64,000 nt of DNA from Eledone cirrhosa. Taxonomy: Eukaryota. The stretch covers positions 22,320,001 through 22,384,000 of the forward strand of contig OZ024746.1 in assembly GCA_964016885.1 (NCBI GenBank), given 5' to 3'. Under the pieces are notes generated by a model. The model did no database searches. It was not told where the DNA came from and saw nothing but the letters and a program-made list of their open reading frames with translations. A program made the translations under genes and the position numbers. Below are positions 40,860 through 54,774 of the stretch, piece by piece (positions within the stretch are counted from its first letter, which is position 1; each line of letters opens with the position of its first letter).

Positions 40860-41180
40860 ATATCATCATCTTCTTCTTCCTCCTCCTCTCATCCTCCTCA
40901 CCATTATCCTCATCTTCTCCCTCATCATCATCACCACCACCAATACTACCTCCACCATCATCATTACTATCACCACTATTATCACCATCATCATCACCAT
41001 CATCATCTTCATCATCATCATCATCACCATCATCATCACCACCTCCACCACTACCATACTACCCCCATCATCATCATCATTCTCATCACCAACATTATAA
41101 TCATCATCAATACCACTATCACAATCATCATCATTACCACCACCACTACCTCTACTACCACCATCATCATCATCATCATT
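40860..41180. repeat. (CAT)/(CAC)/(CCT) trinucleotide tract
   Basis: Direct reading. Confidence 0.9.
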
Positions 41181-41209
41181 TTACAAGTATTTTCCATGTT
41201 GACATGGAT

Positions 41210-41467
41210 TTAACCCTTTTATGACCGCATTTCTGATGAAATACAGTCTATTTTAATTAATTAATGAAGAATGTTGAGGGATTTACTAAAATTATTGATT
41301 ATTCATTATTAAGATAGTAACTTAATGTAAGGTTCTTAGATAAAATTATGTTTGAAGATTTTAATCTAAATTGGAAACTTTAAAATGGGTGGTTTTATTT
41401 CAAAGAACCAGAGATGGTTTTGGCCAGTTTTGACCGGTTTTGGCTGGGTTGGCAACTGAAGGATTAA
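41210..41467 (-). mobile_element. TTAA-bounded piggyBac-like MITE
   Basis: TTAA-cccttt..gaagga-TTAA; reverse-complement homology to 4403-4620. Confidence 0.6.
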
Positions 41468-42893
41468 TGGGTTGTTAATTTGTGAAACCAGAAATGTTGG
41501 GAAACCTCACTTTTCTTGTACATTCCATATTCTGGTACAATTTCTATAGCTGGATGCCTTTCCTAATGCCAACTACTTCATATAGTGTACTGGGTACATT
41601 TTATCATGGCATCAATACTAGAATTATAAGTTAATCAAACACTTAAAAGTTTTGTGATGTTGATTATTTAAAGGTTAAGGTGTTGGGCTTGCAATTGTAA
41701 GTATATGGATCCTATTCATAGATTGGGTGTTATCTTGTGTCCACTCAGCTGAAAGGAACAAGTAACAACAACAAAAGCTAGTGGTTAAACTTGTAATGGA
41801 GATAGGGGTGTTTTTTTCAGTGGATTTTTATAATTTCCATCTTTTAATATCACATGAAACTGGGATAAACTCTGACTTGATGAGTATCTAGGACAGCAGT
41901 TTCCGAACTTGGAGTCTGTGGACAACTGGAAGTCTGTGAGAATCTGTGGTTCCCCAAGAGTTTGTAGATGTATTGCTGGGTGGTGGGTAGGGTTCCATAA
42001 GTGTCTGTGGATCCTTTTGGAGTTTACAAAGGTAGTACTGGGTATCTGCGAGTCTGTGAACCCCTGTGAGTTTGTATAGACAGTACTGGGAAGCCATGAG
42101 AATGTGTGCCCCCCCCCCCCCCCCCCCCCATAGGAGTCTGTAAGCTAAATTCAGAATTTGAAATACTTTGTTAAAAAATAATATATACACACTTCTCTAA
42201 GTATAATAATTTCTCTGTTTTTATTATCACTATTACCGTATAACAATTTAGGAGGGAGTTATGGCAGTGGTGAATGGAAAATTTATGAGAAAGATTATTT
42301 TAACAAAAATGGTTGTTAATAGTGAAAATGTTGGAAACCTTTGATCTAGGATCAGGTAAGACTTCAACTTTTAAAAACAGTTTTACCTGAAATTAATTGA
42401 GTGCCAACATAGATTATAGGCTCACATTGAAACAATGACTTTATAGCTACAATAACGAAATATTAGAGTGCAGAAGTTACTGACCTAAATATTTGCTGTC
42501 AAGGAAATATGTTTGAGGACAGAAAAGCAATCACTGTGTGGATTAATCAGAAACAGACTAGAAAACATCATAAAGGAAGACATGCCAAAACTGCAGTTTG
42601 TTGTTATCAAAATATAATATATGAGACACACATCAAACACAATAGACAAATATAAGAATGAATATAAGAACATGATTGAGGAAAGTAAACAGACTGAGAA
42701 ATGTTGTTTGAAAATAGCCAAAAGGAAATGAATAATGTAAAGAATAAAAAGAAGACAAGATTTACCAAGTAGCTGATCACAACAGCGTTTAAGATGGAAT
42801 TTAATAGTTCTTATATAATGTTTGTTTCATGGACATAAATATGATTGAACTTTTAAAGACACATTCTTTGTCATATATGTATATGGTGGTATA

Positions 42894-43089
42894 TGAGCAC
42901 AGGCTGAAAAGTTCAAAGGCTGACTATGAAGGATTGTTAGAGCTGCGAAATCTTGCATTCATTAATTTTAACTCTTCTTACTAATAATGGAATTGTTTCT
43001 TTCCAAGGACTATATTGAAAAAATAAACCTCATTTGGTCATTCAATGTGAGTATCTTGGTAAGCCTATGAACTTTTTAGCTGACCCTCG
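42894..43089 (+). mobile_element. ~196-bp mariner-type MITE with ~28-bp TIRs and TA flanks
   Basis: Right end agcctatgaactttttagctgaccctcg-TA; left end TA-tgagcacaggctgaaaagttcaaaggct; second copy at 49555-49753. Confidence 0.8.
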
Positions 43090-43661
43090 TAGAACTTCTT
43101 TGGACAGTGAATGGCTGAATAGCAAGGAAGCCAACTTCGCACTCATTAGGTTTGATCTGAGTTTGACCCCACTACTTGGGGATAGTATCATTTAACAATA
43201 GCCTTGTGTTGACCTATGCCTTGTGAATGATATTGGGTAAACAGAAACTGTTTGAAAGCCCATCTCATCACACTGTCACACTGAATCTCCCTGAGAGTTA
43301 CATTAAGGATTACACATGTCTGTGGAATGTTCAATTGCTTACACATTAATTTAATGAGTAGGTTGTTCCTTTGATCATACAATTGAAACATGAAATTCGC
43401 ATTGTCAAAATTCATGAGGGTCCATTCCATACCATATAATATATGTAAAGGAATTTTCATTCTTAAATTTTTTTTAGCTAAAATGAACATATTAACTGTT
43501 TTCATATTTACAAACAGAGAGAGAAAAGAAAAAAGGGAGGAATAAATAGAAATTGTGTAAGGATAAACCCTACACACTTGACTGGCTAGTATATCTCAGC
43601 TGCACCACACACTGTACAAAATGGAAAAAGTATTCTGTTATTTAAAACATCTTCTACAATA

Positions 43662-44110
43662 TTTAGTTCTTTTGATACCAAACTGCTTGAAACTGCTTCT
43701 AAATCTATTTTAAAGTGTTTATTTATATTTACCTAAAAACCTTACATCATCATTTCTAAGAACCTCTTGCTAAGTTATGCTCCAAACACCAACTTAATAA
43801 TGAGAAAGTTATTACTAAGTTCCTCCAAACTGCCTGAAACTGCCTCTAATTATTTTACAAAATGTTTATATTTACCTAAAAGCCTTACATCATAATTTGT
43901 AAGAACCTCTTGTTAGACTCCCAACACCAGCTTAATAATAAGAAAGTTTTTACAAAATACCTCTAAATTCTTTAATATTTTGAAAATTATTTCAAAATCA
44001 TAGGCAGTGTATTTTGTTAGAAATATGGTAATGGAATAGTTAAAGGAGACTGTATGAGATTAGTTTTTAGAAACTGTGTCTTTCATTAGAAATATGGTAA
44101 CAGAATGGTT
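43662..44110 (+). mobile_element. Decayed tandem piggyBac-like MITE copies
   Basis: ccaaacaccaacttaataat and gtattt..ttagaaatatggtaa..gttaa motifs shared with 4803-5048. Confidence 0.55.
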
Positions 44111-44636
44111 CATGAGAAGTACTGCTGTTACGTGAGAAACCTAAGATCTCATAATTTCTGCTGTAATGTTTTAAAACTGAACAATTGGAAGTCATGACTG
44201 TTGTAACAGTAATCTCTATTTTTTGTCTTCTCTGCCGTAAAGTACTTCTACCATAACTATTTCACATTAAAGTGCTGTGAGAGAACAAACTTTAGCAGAA
44301 AGAAAGGGGTGGGCAATGTTTGGCATTCAATGAAAAGATGTTATCATGACTTGCTTGATAAGTTTCTAGACTTCAGAAATAAGACAGAGGGTAGAGAGGA
44401 CATATTTAGTTGTAGTAAGCAGCTGAAAATCCACTTAACTCATTTACTCAGAAATACCATGTAAAAATAACAAGAAAAGCATCTTCCTGAATGTAAAGTT
44501 TATCTTTTTTATCTGGAAGCTAGATTAAATTTATCTTATTTCATAAGGCAATCTCACAATAATATATATATATAATATATAATATATAATATAGGAATAT
44601 ATATAAATAATATACAAATAATATATATATATGTGC

Positions 44637-44672
<36 letters not shown>

Positions 44673-44883
44673 ATATAAATAATAAGCAATAGTTTGTTTC
44701 AAGATAACAGAAAGATGTGGCAAAGGTAAGCTGAAATTTAGCAGCTGACAAACTTAGCATATGTAATTAATTATTAGTACATAATACAATTGTTATAAAT
44801 ATTTGGTTTCTATGCCAAACTTTAATGATACTATGCTTGTGGATTATATATATATATGTTATATATACAATCCACAAACATAA

Positions 44884-44939
<56 letters not shown>

Positions 44940-45605
44940 GTAAAATTGTAGTGTTCTCAACGCAAAGTATAGCTGTAAACAGCTGAATACTATATGTATA
45001 ATAAAAATTCCGATTAAGATATAACCTCATGTTGAACAGAGAGTGGGAGAGAAAGGAAGAAAGAGAGTTTAAAGCATGTGATGAGAAATGAGAGTGGTAT
45101 AGAGAGAGAAGGTGAGAGGAGAAGAGAAAAACAGGAATGAGATGAATAGAGCAGAACTTTTGGAGAATTGCAAACAAGGATAAAAATAATGGAGAAAGGA
45201 TGGCGAAAGTAAACTAACAAGAAAAATAAAGGAGAGGAAGGACTATGTATATAAGTCTAGCCCATGCAGCAGAACCTAAATTTGGTGCTGGAATAGGGGA
45301 ACAAGAGAGCAGTGGGACACATTTATACGAAACCCTGGTCAACAAACTAATAGGACCAGTTAGAGAAAAGAGCTCAAATCATTTGTATGTTTTATCTTGG
45401 ACAGTTTCAGTTCTGCATCTGAAAAGAAGGTATTAGCCCTGAAATATCATGCCATAATACACTGGGAAAAACACTTTCTTTTGGTTTGTTTCATTTACCA
45501 TCAATATGCTCTTCATATTTTCTACCATATTGTAAAACACTTATTGGTTATTTACTACCTATCTCACAATGCTTCCTATTAACTACACCACTCCTTATGT
45601 AGATA

Positions 45606-45673
45606 TTGGGTCGTCAAGTATGAAATTTGTAGAATAAAACAAATTTCTACAAATTTCATACTTGACGACCCAA
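45606..45673. mobile_element. 68-bp perfectly palindromic mariner-type MITE (MADE1-like architecture)
   Basis: TA-ttgggtcgtcaagtatgaaatttgtagaa[taaaacaaat]ttctacaaatttcatacttgacgacccaa-TA: 29-bp perfect TIRs and a 10-nt spacer. Confidence 0.85.
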
Positions 45674-46789
45674 TATCTATATATATAACATACGTATGTC
45701 TTTTTAGTGTAAATTTAGTTGCTGTCTGGATGTTTCTACCAACACAAGATAAGTTATTTGAAGTTTCTTTAAAAAGCTGTAAATATATTTGTAAGACTAA
45801 GCTTACTGATGTGTGATAATAGTCTTAAATTACTAATTAACCATTTTAATTATGGTAATTGGCATTTTTCTTTGTCATCTAAAACCGCAGTCTAAGCAAT
45901 TATTTAAGTAGAATTACATTTTCCCTTAAATGTATTTTTTTCTTACTATGCTATGTTTTACTAAACTGTATATCATTATACCTAAATGATTTTTTTGTAA
46001 ATGAAGCTCTGATAATCCGGTTTTTAGCACTTATATTCATGGAGCTATTTATGATGTAATATAATTAAAATAATTTTATTTTGATCTATATTTATGATAT
46101 ATATATATATGTATATATATAAAATAAGGATATAGATCGATAACCAATGATTTCAATCTTGTATATATGTATGTGTGTGTATATATAATATGTTGCAGGA
46201 TATTCATAGCTGAGAACAATCTCATACTAAATAACCTTAATAAATTTGCAAACTATCTGAATGTCAGCTCAGAGATCTTCATTAAATGTCACCAATTTAA
46301 CAAGTATCTCCTAAAAAATTGGACGATCATACCATCACCTAATTTAATGGATCAATACATAACATTTTACTTTACCAATAACATTCACATACTCTCTCTA
46401 TTTCCATCTTCAGTTTTAACCCAATAATAAATATTCCTGATCCAACTATACTTTAACCCTTTGAAACTTGAGCCACTGCTATATGTGCAGTCTCCAATCA
46501 TGGGGATCCACATGGAAATCATTGAAAAGAAATATGATGTTCTTCAATTATACCCGAAAAAAAGATAATACAGCAATGCCCTGCTGTCAGACTCCAGCTC
46601 AAGTACTGATGTAAAACAATCACTGATTCATGTAGGAAGTGGTGTAAATAACCATAGTAAACAGAATCGAGGTGGGTGAGTAGATCAAAATACTGGGATG
46701 GCAGGACAGTCACACACATATTGATGATAACCTGAATAGACCTACTTTTTCTCAAAGGATTTTATTTTCATTTCTGCCACTGCCCACTC

Positions 46790-46952
46790 TCCTCTGTTTT
46801 TTTATTTCTTCTTTAATTTCTTATTTGCTTTATGATAAAGGACTAGCGTCTGAAACGTTAAGACTCCTTCCCTTCTTTATCAAGCATAAAATTTATATAT
46901 TTCTTCATTCTACTGTGTCGTTTTGCTTTCATATTTCTGTTTACCGTTTGCA
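46790..46952 (+). mobile_element. Penelope-like terminal repeat relic with degenerate hammerhead (46827-46864)
   Basis: atgataa-a-ggac tagc gtct-GAAA-cg-tta-agac. A homologous minus-strand copy lies at about 54155-54270. Confidence 0.55.
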
Positions 46953-46974
46953 TATATATGTGTGTGTGTGTGTA

Positions 46975-48141
46975 CTGGGTTGCTCAGTTCTTTGAGGACA
47001 TTTGCATGAATTTTGTAAAGACACATAAATCATGAAAGAAGAGCTTTATTTGAGAGAACATTGGCATGAATAATCTTGAGACTCTTCTTGACACATCAAC
47101 TCTGCGGTCAACATTGATGACTGCTTCAGTATGATTCCTGAAATGTTGACAAACCTAAATAAAATTATCCTTATCTATTTTGGAGATTGGGCTATTAGTT
47201 ATGGTGAACTTCAGAAATTTTATAGTGTAATGGAAACATTAACTGACTTCCCTCACAACTATGTCCCATGCATGTTACTCAAACAGATTCACGTCTAGAG
47301 AGTTAGGAAGCCATATGTTTACGGTGACATGATCGTGGAAATTGTAACTCATCCATTCTTTCATCAACATGGTCTTCCTTTGCTCATGCTCTCTATCCAA
47401 AACCTCACAACCATCTCCAATGCCTCTTTATAGTCAACAGTATTGACCCTTAATCCCTGAGGAAAGAAATGAGGAGTCATGTTATCTTCCTCATTGCTCA
47501 CGACTCCAAGAACCATCACATTTGCTGGAAACTTTATATGCATGAGCAATGGAACATCTTTGGGTTTTCTACATAATTATTTGTCATTCCTGATCAAAGT
47601 TTTTCTCATCAGAGAAAAACCAAAGAATTCCATGCTTTCTCAGCAAGTGCTATGCACAAATCACATGGTCATCTTTTGTTTTTGCAGACATGAATTGGCC
47701 TCTCCACATCATATGATTTGTATCAAAGGTCTTCATACAGAATTCTTCTAATAGTGTGCCTTGAAACCTTGAGTTTCTTAGCAATGACAATAATTTATTT
47801 TCTGGAGTTTTTATTGATAATTTTCTGCACCTTTGGTACACATTTGGGTATTTTAAATGTAGCAGGGCACTTAACAGGTATTTTATATTTGGCTACTGCT
47901 GTAGCCATCAATGGTTCCAGTTCTTAGCAAACTTTGACAACAGACGACTGTGAAATTTTCAGAAAGTGAACGATCTCTAAATCACTATGCTCTGCATTTA
48001 AGGCAATGATTACAACATGCCTTTTCATTTTCTGAGTTAGCTTGATGTCTGTCATCATTTATCTGAAAAGAAATTATCATCAGCATAAGTTAGAAAGATG
48101 TTAGAGCTATTAAAAGACATGCCCTAAAAGAACTAAGCAGC
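46975..48141 (-). mobile_element. Near full-length Tc1/mariner-superfamily transposon (maT/DD37D-like), decayed
   Basis: Imperfect TIRs (gttgctcagttctttgaggacattt versus the reverse complement of the right end, 20/25 matches) next to TA. Transposase remnants KFPANVMVLGVVSNE..PHFFPQGLRVN..Y.EALE.VV..WI and WLPNSLDVNLFE*HAW (SPDLNP motif). Confidence 0.85.
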
Positions 48142-48921
48142 TATATATATATATATATATATATATAATTCAAGTGAAAAACCAAAGATAATACTTCAGA
48201 TCATTTTATTAACTTCTACATTCATTTCAATTTTAATGCAATTATGTAATATTAAAATACCCTCTGAAGAATGCATATTCCTGCCAAAATACCAAGCCAT
48301 GGTCAAAGCAGTGATGGGCTAGATATATATACAAATGCACATATATAAGAAGGCCTTCTACAATTATTTCTATCAACCTAAGGTTATAGTTGAAGACACT
48401 TGCTCAAGATGCCATGCATTGTGCCTGAACTCAAAACCATGTGGAAGTAAAGTGAACTCTTTGACTACACAACTGTGTCTGCACCTATCTTTATTATTTG
48501 CAAATAAATGTTGATTGATTTATGTATTTAAGTAAAGTAATCATTATTTAACTTTACAGTAATTCATATAATCATAAATTGAAAAAAGACTTTTCATTAT
48601 GTTTGTGCAAGCTGTATTGTTTTAACGAGGTTCATCGACCACTCGTTTATCTCTATATATATATTGTTGATATTTTAATGTCTTTTTAAGTGTTCAGAAC
48701 TCTTATATTTGATAAGATAATAATGTTTTCTTAAATAATGTTTACTTTATTGTACTACAACTCTTAACGGGAGGTGAACTGGAACAATCAGTTAGTCAGA
48801 TAAAATACTTCATGGTATTCATCCTAGTTCTCTGATCTCTGAGTTCAAGTCCCATCGATGTCAATAAATCCTTCCTGTGCTGGGGGTTGATTCTTTCTCT
48901 ACATTTCCTTTTCCACTTCCC

Positions 48922-48980
<59 letters not shown>

Positions 48981-49241
48981 AAAGAAATCCTCTGTGTTCA
49001 GATCTGGAAAGGGGTGAGCTCCTACATGTCTAAATACCAAAATCAACCTGTATATCGTGATGGGGACCCCACAACTTAATCAAAAGTTCAGGAACTATAA
49101 TATATGGCAATATAACATATATATCCTGACTTATGACAGGGTTCCATTCCAATCATCTTATATATATACAACGTTTCTGCCCGAAGTTGAGACTAACAGA
49201 TAGTATCAGCAATGGAAAGACTAATGGAAACATTAGTTCAT

Positions 49242-49432
49242 TGGTGGATTGGCAGTATTGGTAGAGGGTCGGTTGGCATGCTTTGATGCATAGAGTTACG
49301 GCCCTTTCCATTCTGAGTTCAAATCCCGCTGAGGTCAACTTTACCTTTGATCCTTATGGGGTCGATAAAATAAAGTACCAGTAATGCACTGGGTGATTGC
49401 TGGCCTTGTGCCAAAAGTAGAAACAATTATTT
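49242..49432 (+). mobile_element. Full-length SINE family A
   Basis: ggtggattggcagtattggtagag (A-box-like)..gagttcaaatccc (B-box)..ggggtcgataaaataaagtaccagt..gccttgtgccaaaagtagaaacaattatt. Confidence 0.88.
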
Positions 49433-49554
49433 CATTTGTCCAGTCACATGGTAGGCTCCTTTTCTTTCTTTCTTTTTTCCTCACAAGTTTTAACTGTCTG
49501 ATTCGGTATAATCCTGTATATAATATTACAAAACTATTCTAAAGATATTCTTTA

Positions 49555-49753
49555 CGAGGGTGGGCTAAAAAGTTCATAGGCTGACTATGAAGGAGTGATG
49601 CTAGAGCTATGAAATCCTGCATGCATTAATTTCAACTCTTCTTATTAATAACTACATTGTTTCTTTCCCAGGAATTATATTGAAAAATAAACCTCAATTG
49701 GTCATTCCATAAGAGTATGTTTGTCAGGTTTTGAACTTTTCAGCTGACCATCA
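49555..49753 (+). mobile_element. ~199-bp mariner-type MITE
   Basis: TA-cgagggtgggctaaaaagttcataggct...tgaactttttcagctgaccatca-TA; homologous over its length to 42894-43089. Confidence 0.85.
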
Positions 49754-51190
49754 TAAATTATTTTTAACATATTGGTACCTATGTTAACATGAATTGGTAG
49801 AATCTTTAGAGTGTCATTGAATAGCTTGGCATTCGGTCTATTTCACTGTATTCTTAGTTCAAATCCTACTGAGGTTAAGTTTGACTTTCATCCTTTTGGG
49901 GTTGATAAATAGAGTATCAGACCAACAGAATTGTTAAAGAGTTTGACAGTGCTTTGTAATGCTTAATTCAGCTCTGTGGACCACTTCTTTCTGCCAGGAT
50001 CTGTGACTGGAAGACAGGGCCAGTGCCAGACTATCTGGCATCCTAGCCATGGTTAGATTTTTAGGTCCAGGTCAGCTGTGGTCAAGCAAATATGAATAAA
50101 GAATGACTTTGTGGCTTTAAAGTTGAGCCTAAAAAGTTGAACCTAAAAACTGTGGTACTACAGTGAGAGAGAAAGTAACATGAAGTGCAACCATTAAATA
50201 CCATGAAATATAGCAATTAAATGGTTTCATTGTTGTTGTTATTTAGCCCTGTGCCAGTCCTGTTCAAATAAGAAACATAATTAAAAGCACTGAATGGACA
50301 GTGTAGACCTATTCAAAACCATGTCAGCATGGAAAACAAACATGAAAGGATAAGAATGTTCCCAGTTGTGATCATACTTTTTCTATATCTTGCTGACTCA
50401 GAACCGGATTATCCAGTGATAGGAGTGTGATTTGAGGGAGAATTTGTTGGCTATTTCTTGCAGATTGAACAACTACATAAGGGCTGCCTTCATTGGCTTG
50501 AAAAACTAAAAGGTTGCAAGTAGTGTTATACTACTAATGGTATCATAGTAGAATGTGGCAACATTATTGGTAAGTTGTCATATCCATGAGACAGTTGAAG
50601 GAGCCCCACTCCCCAAACGAAGCCAGAAAAAAGTTTGAGGAGAAGTCTTCAGTGGTGTTAAGGACATACCAACCAAACTCCCTCGTGCTGGTCCCATGAT
50701 AAAATGCACCCTGTACACTCTGTAGAATGGTATGTGTTAGAAAAGACATCCAAACATTGGAACCATGCCAAAACTTGAACATATGTAAACAAGACATGTC
50801 CCTGATCCATTTGGGAGAATAGCATCTCCAATTAAGTACTAACTTGTTCTGTAAAAGAAAATGAACTTAAAATAGTGATGTCAATTATAATAAGGTAGAA
50901 AAACTTTAAACATTACCCATTACAAAATATGATGTGATAAATCAATAAATAAATTAACTAAAGAGTCAGTAAATTGTGAGGTGTGGGATGTTGTACTATC
51001 AGGGTAATTAATATATGGAGTTATCAACTACTGTGGAACCATGCCAGGCCTTCATCTGCAAATCACTGGCTGGTTATACTATACTATTAAAATGGTACTT
51101 GGTTATAAATGATGACTACAATCCCCCATCCATCTGACTACTATATGTGTAATATGTATATATGTATGTTTATGTGTGTGTGTGTGTGTG

Positions 51191-51224
<34 letters not shown>

Positions 51225-51225
<1 letters not shown>

Positions 51226-51558
51226 GGTAAAATCCCCCTTCGGTCATGAATAACCATGGGATATATACCTAGAAAGTAACCGTCTGAGGCACAAGTCCAG
51301 ACAAGGTTGTTTGTGGAAGACCATAAGTTGCCCATGCATACCAATCTCCCCTCTCTGCACCACCATCTTTGTCCAAGGGAAAGGCAATGGCCAATACAAC
51401 TTGGCACCAGGGTCATCTAAACTCATTTCTACAGTTGAATAAACTGGAGCAATGTGAAATAAAGTGGCTTGCTCAAGAAGATATTACACAGCCCAGATCA
51501 GGAACTGAACTCATAAGCTCACGTTTGTAAGCCCAAAGCTCTAACCACTAAGCCTTAC
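51225..51558 (-). mobile_element. tRNA-headed SINE (family B head, another 3' variant)
   Basis: ctggagcaatgtgaaataaagtggcttgctcaag..ctctaaccactaagcc is the reverse of the head and central domain. Confidence 0.75.
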
Positions 51559-52269
51559 ATACACACATCATCATCATTAGGATTATTTTGCATCTGTAAA
51601 GTGATGCTGACTGTTTTCTTCAACTATCGAGGCATATGCACCATGAATATGAGTCTAATGAAACGGTCATAGATCAATTTAATAATTTAATTAAAATTTT
51701 TGTTAATCATTATCATATATATATATATAATGTATGAGCAAGAGGAGGTCTCTTCTACTCATCTAGTCTTAAACCATGACAACCTGTCCATCCAATGTTG
51801 GTATGGAATGCAGACGCAAAATGATGGTAATGATGATCAAATGTATGTGTTTGTTTATGTATGTATATCTATCTATCTATCTATCTATATATCTATCTAT
51901 ATATATTATCATCATCATATGTCTGTATATCTCTTCTTCTTCTTCCACTTATTCCTAGGGTCAGAATCCTTAAACACTCCTTCCAGCAGGTCCTGTCAGA
52001 GGCAACCATATCCAATTGATCTCGCTAAATCCCCAATCTAAACCAGTTGAGCTCATGGATGTTATCCAACCAAATTGTTCAGGTCCCTTGCCTGTTGGTT
52101 TTGCCCATAAAAACCAATACCTGGTGGGGTTCAAATGCTAATCTCCTTCTAAGGAGGCCTCTTGCACCTCAACATACTCTTTACTTTCCCACCATTTGAA
52201 GCACATCTGAAATGCTTTTTCCAGAATGGTCCTTGGCTCAGCCATTGTAGTCAGCATGATTTCCTCTCA

Positions 52270-52689
52270 GCTCTCATATTCCTGGTGCACATACCTCGAT
52301 AGTTGAAGAAAACAATCAGCAGCACTTTGATTTTCGCACTACACCTGACATGCTGCTTTGGAGCCTTGGCAATGCTGGATGCATCCACTGTGGAGACTGA
52401 GTTTTGGTTTCTGTGTTATATCCATCCACTCACATCACATCTTCAATTACCACAGTATCTAGGAACTCAAGATCCTTGCTGGTAGTATCAGGCAAAATGA
52501 AAATGTGATGAATAAATAATATAAACGCCTCATATGCTTGCTGTCTGACAGTGACTGACACACCCTGTGAGCTTGCCTAAAATTACATATACCATGAATG
52601 TAGGCGGCTCCACTGTGCACACTTCTGTCTACCTAACCTCATTACTTCCAATGGGGAAAAATGAAGTCGGATACTTTTTCAACAGACCT

Positions 52690-52690
<1 letters not shown>
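52270..52690 (-). mobile_element. Internally deleted mariner: TIR plus catalytic-domain fragment
   Basis: Minus strand LDTVVIEDVM*VDGYNTETKTQSPQWMHPALPR..KVLLIVFFNYRG..HQEY (compare ITGDETWVY.YDPETK.QS.QW..KVMLIVFFD.RG). TIR-like aggtctgttgaaaaagtatccgac at the right end. Confidence 0.85.
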
Positions 52691-52731
<41 letters not shown>

Positions 52732-53975
52732 CACATACATATGTGTGTGTGTATATATATATATCGAGAGAGAGAGAAAGAAAGAGAACATATGCATATA
52801 TATATATACACATATATATATATACACACATACGTGAATATTAATCGTTTATATATACATATATACTATGTGTATTTTTATTTGTTGTTGATTTTTCCTT
52901 TTTTATTATTCTTTATGTTGTTTGTTTATATATTTTATATACTTATTTTACTTTTTTTTTATTTATCTATATATCTGTATAATCATACATTAATCATCAT
53001 CCTCACCATCATCATTATTATTGTTATTATTATTATCTTCTATATATTCTTATTTCCCTCACTGGAGCCAGTATTTAGGTTTGTGATATTAAACTATTCA
53101 ACAAGAATCCACAAGGGATATGATTCCATTTTTCTCCTTGAAATGATGCATTTTTCCTCTTCCTTTTAAACCTTTTTATTTTTTCAATGCTTTACAAACT
53201 ATAATAGAAAAATATTCTTCATATTATTCCTCATGTCATAATCATTTCCACGATAAATTCTGAAAAAAAAACCAAAAGCCGAAAACCAAAGATCATAAAT
53301 AAAATTCAAAAATGGAAATGAATAGAAATTTTCGTTTTTTTTTTTTGACATTTTTTATATTTTTTCTGTTCAAAGTGTACCCCATTGTCTCTTCAGAAAG
53401 AAGTATTATATACAGGAATTGAATATATCCCAGTTTTGAGGGCTCATTCAATGCAGAGAATTTGTAGTCATTAGAGTGTCAGGTTAACTCTTTCATTACC
53501 ATATTTCTAATAACATACACTGTCTTTATAAGAAGATGTAAGGAGCTCAGATGCAGAAAATAACTGCAATTACAGAGAGCTCCTATAAAATAGCTGATAA
53601 AAACTGAATAAAGACCCTTAAATATGGAAAAATGTTGCCAGCATCTTTAGAGGTCTTTACTTAATTTTTATAAGCTGTTTCATAGCAACTGACTGTAATA
53701 ACAGTTATTTTTTTGTGGCTAAGCTTCCTACATCTTATAAATTTAATTCCTCAACACTGAGTACGTTAAAAAATTTGAGCTTCACTCATGACATTTGTTT
53801 ACTGCCTTTAAAAATTTTGAATAAGTTCGTTTTGTGCCATAAGGCAGAAGTTAGGCATAAATGAACTCAGTTGGGGATCCATTTGGATCAATTGGAAGTG
53901 GTTATTTTTTATAGGAGCCCCAAGCAGACGTGTCTCAGGATTCTGTCCCTCAATTACCTTCCCGGGACTTCAGTG

Positions 53976-54102
53976 AAGGAGGAGGAGAGGAGGAGGAGGA
54001 AGAGGAGGAGGAGGAGGAGGAAGAAGAAGAAGAAGAAGAAGGAGAAGAAGAAGAAGAAGAAGAAGAAGAAGAAGAAGAAGAAGAAGAAGAAGAAGAAGAA
54101 GA
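53976..54102. repeat. (GGA)n(GAA)n expanded LINE tail
   Basis: Directly follows the RTE-like 3' fragment 53868-53975. Confidence 0.95.
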
Positions 54103-54774
54103 ATTTGAGCATATAAGCCTCTAGAAATGGAAAAAAGTGAATTGTAGCACCAGTATGCAAAAAGTAAACTGATACAACAAAGCAAACAACACAGTACAAT
54201 GAAGAAATATATTAGTTTAATGCTTGATATAGTAGGAAAAGAGTCTTAGCATTTCGGACATTAGTTCGAAGATAGAATGAAAAATAAAAGATGAAATAGA
54301 AAGATAGAGAGTGAGAAAAGGAAGGAACGGAAAAACAGTTTTTGAGAAAAAAAAAACAAGTGTGAATTCAGTCAGCCATTAGACTCAAACTTCAACCTGC
54401 TGCATGCTGGGCCACGTTTTATATCTCTAGGAACTTCTATACACAACTTGTTTGACTATTTTTCATAGCAAAAATGCCCAGCATTGAAGCAGCTAACATA
54501 CACATACATTCAACATTCAAAATTTGATGAATGCTTTGTGAAAACAATTGATTTAGTGTTTACTGCATATGTGTTTCAATTAATTTTTTAAACATTCAAA
54601 AATTTAGTGGGATTCAACAAAATAACTATATTTTTCTTAAGTAAGCTGATACTTATAACATAACTAAACAAAAATGTTATGAAATAAAGTTATGATGGAA
54701 GGTTTTAATATAACGATAAACATTTTAAAATGGGCAGCTTTGAATCATAAATCTAAGATGCCACTCCATCGTAG

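Noticed and set aside
42480-42730. Purine-rich stretch that might be a LINE ORF2 linker or an exon
   Set aside because: No diagnostic motif recognised and it contains a stop; left unannotated.
46572-46681. Possible coding exon ending at GG|gtgagt
   Set aside because: The open frame is short, is preceded by an in-frame stop with no polypyrimidine acceptor, and the peptide is not recognisable.
48050-48090. Splice-acceptor-like tttcttttcag just upstream of the maT-like transposase ATG (minus strand)
   Set aside because: Plausible 5' UTR intron of the transposon, but no donor was identified and the copy is too decayed to support it.
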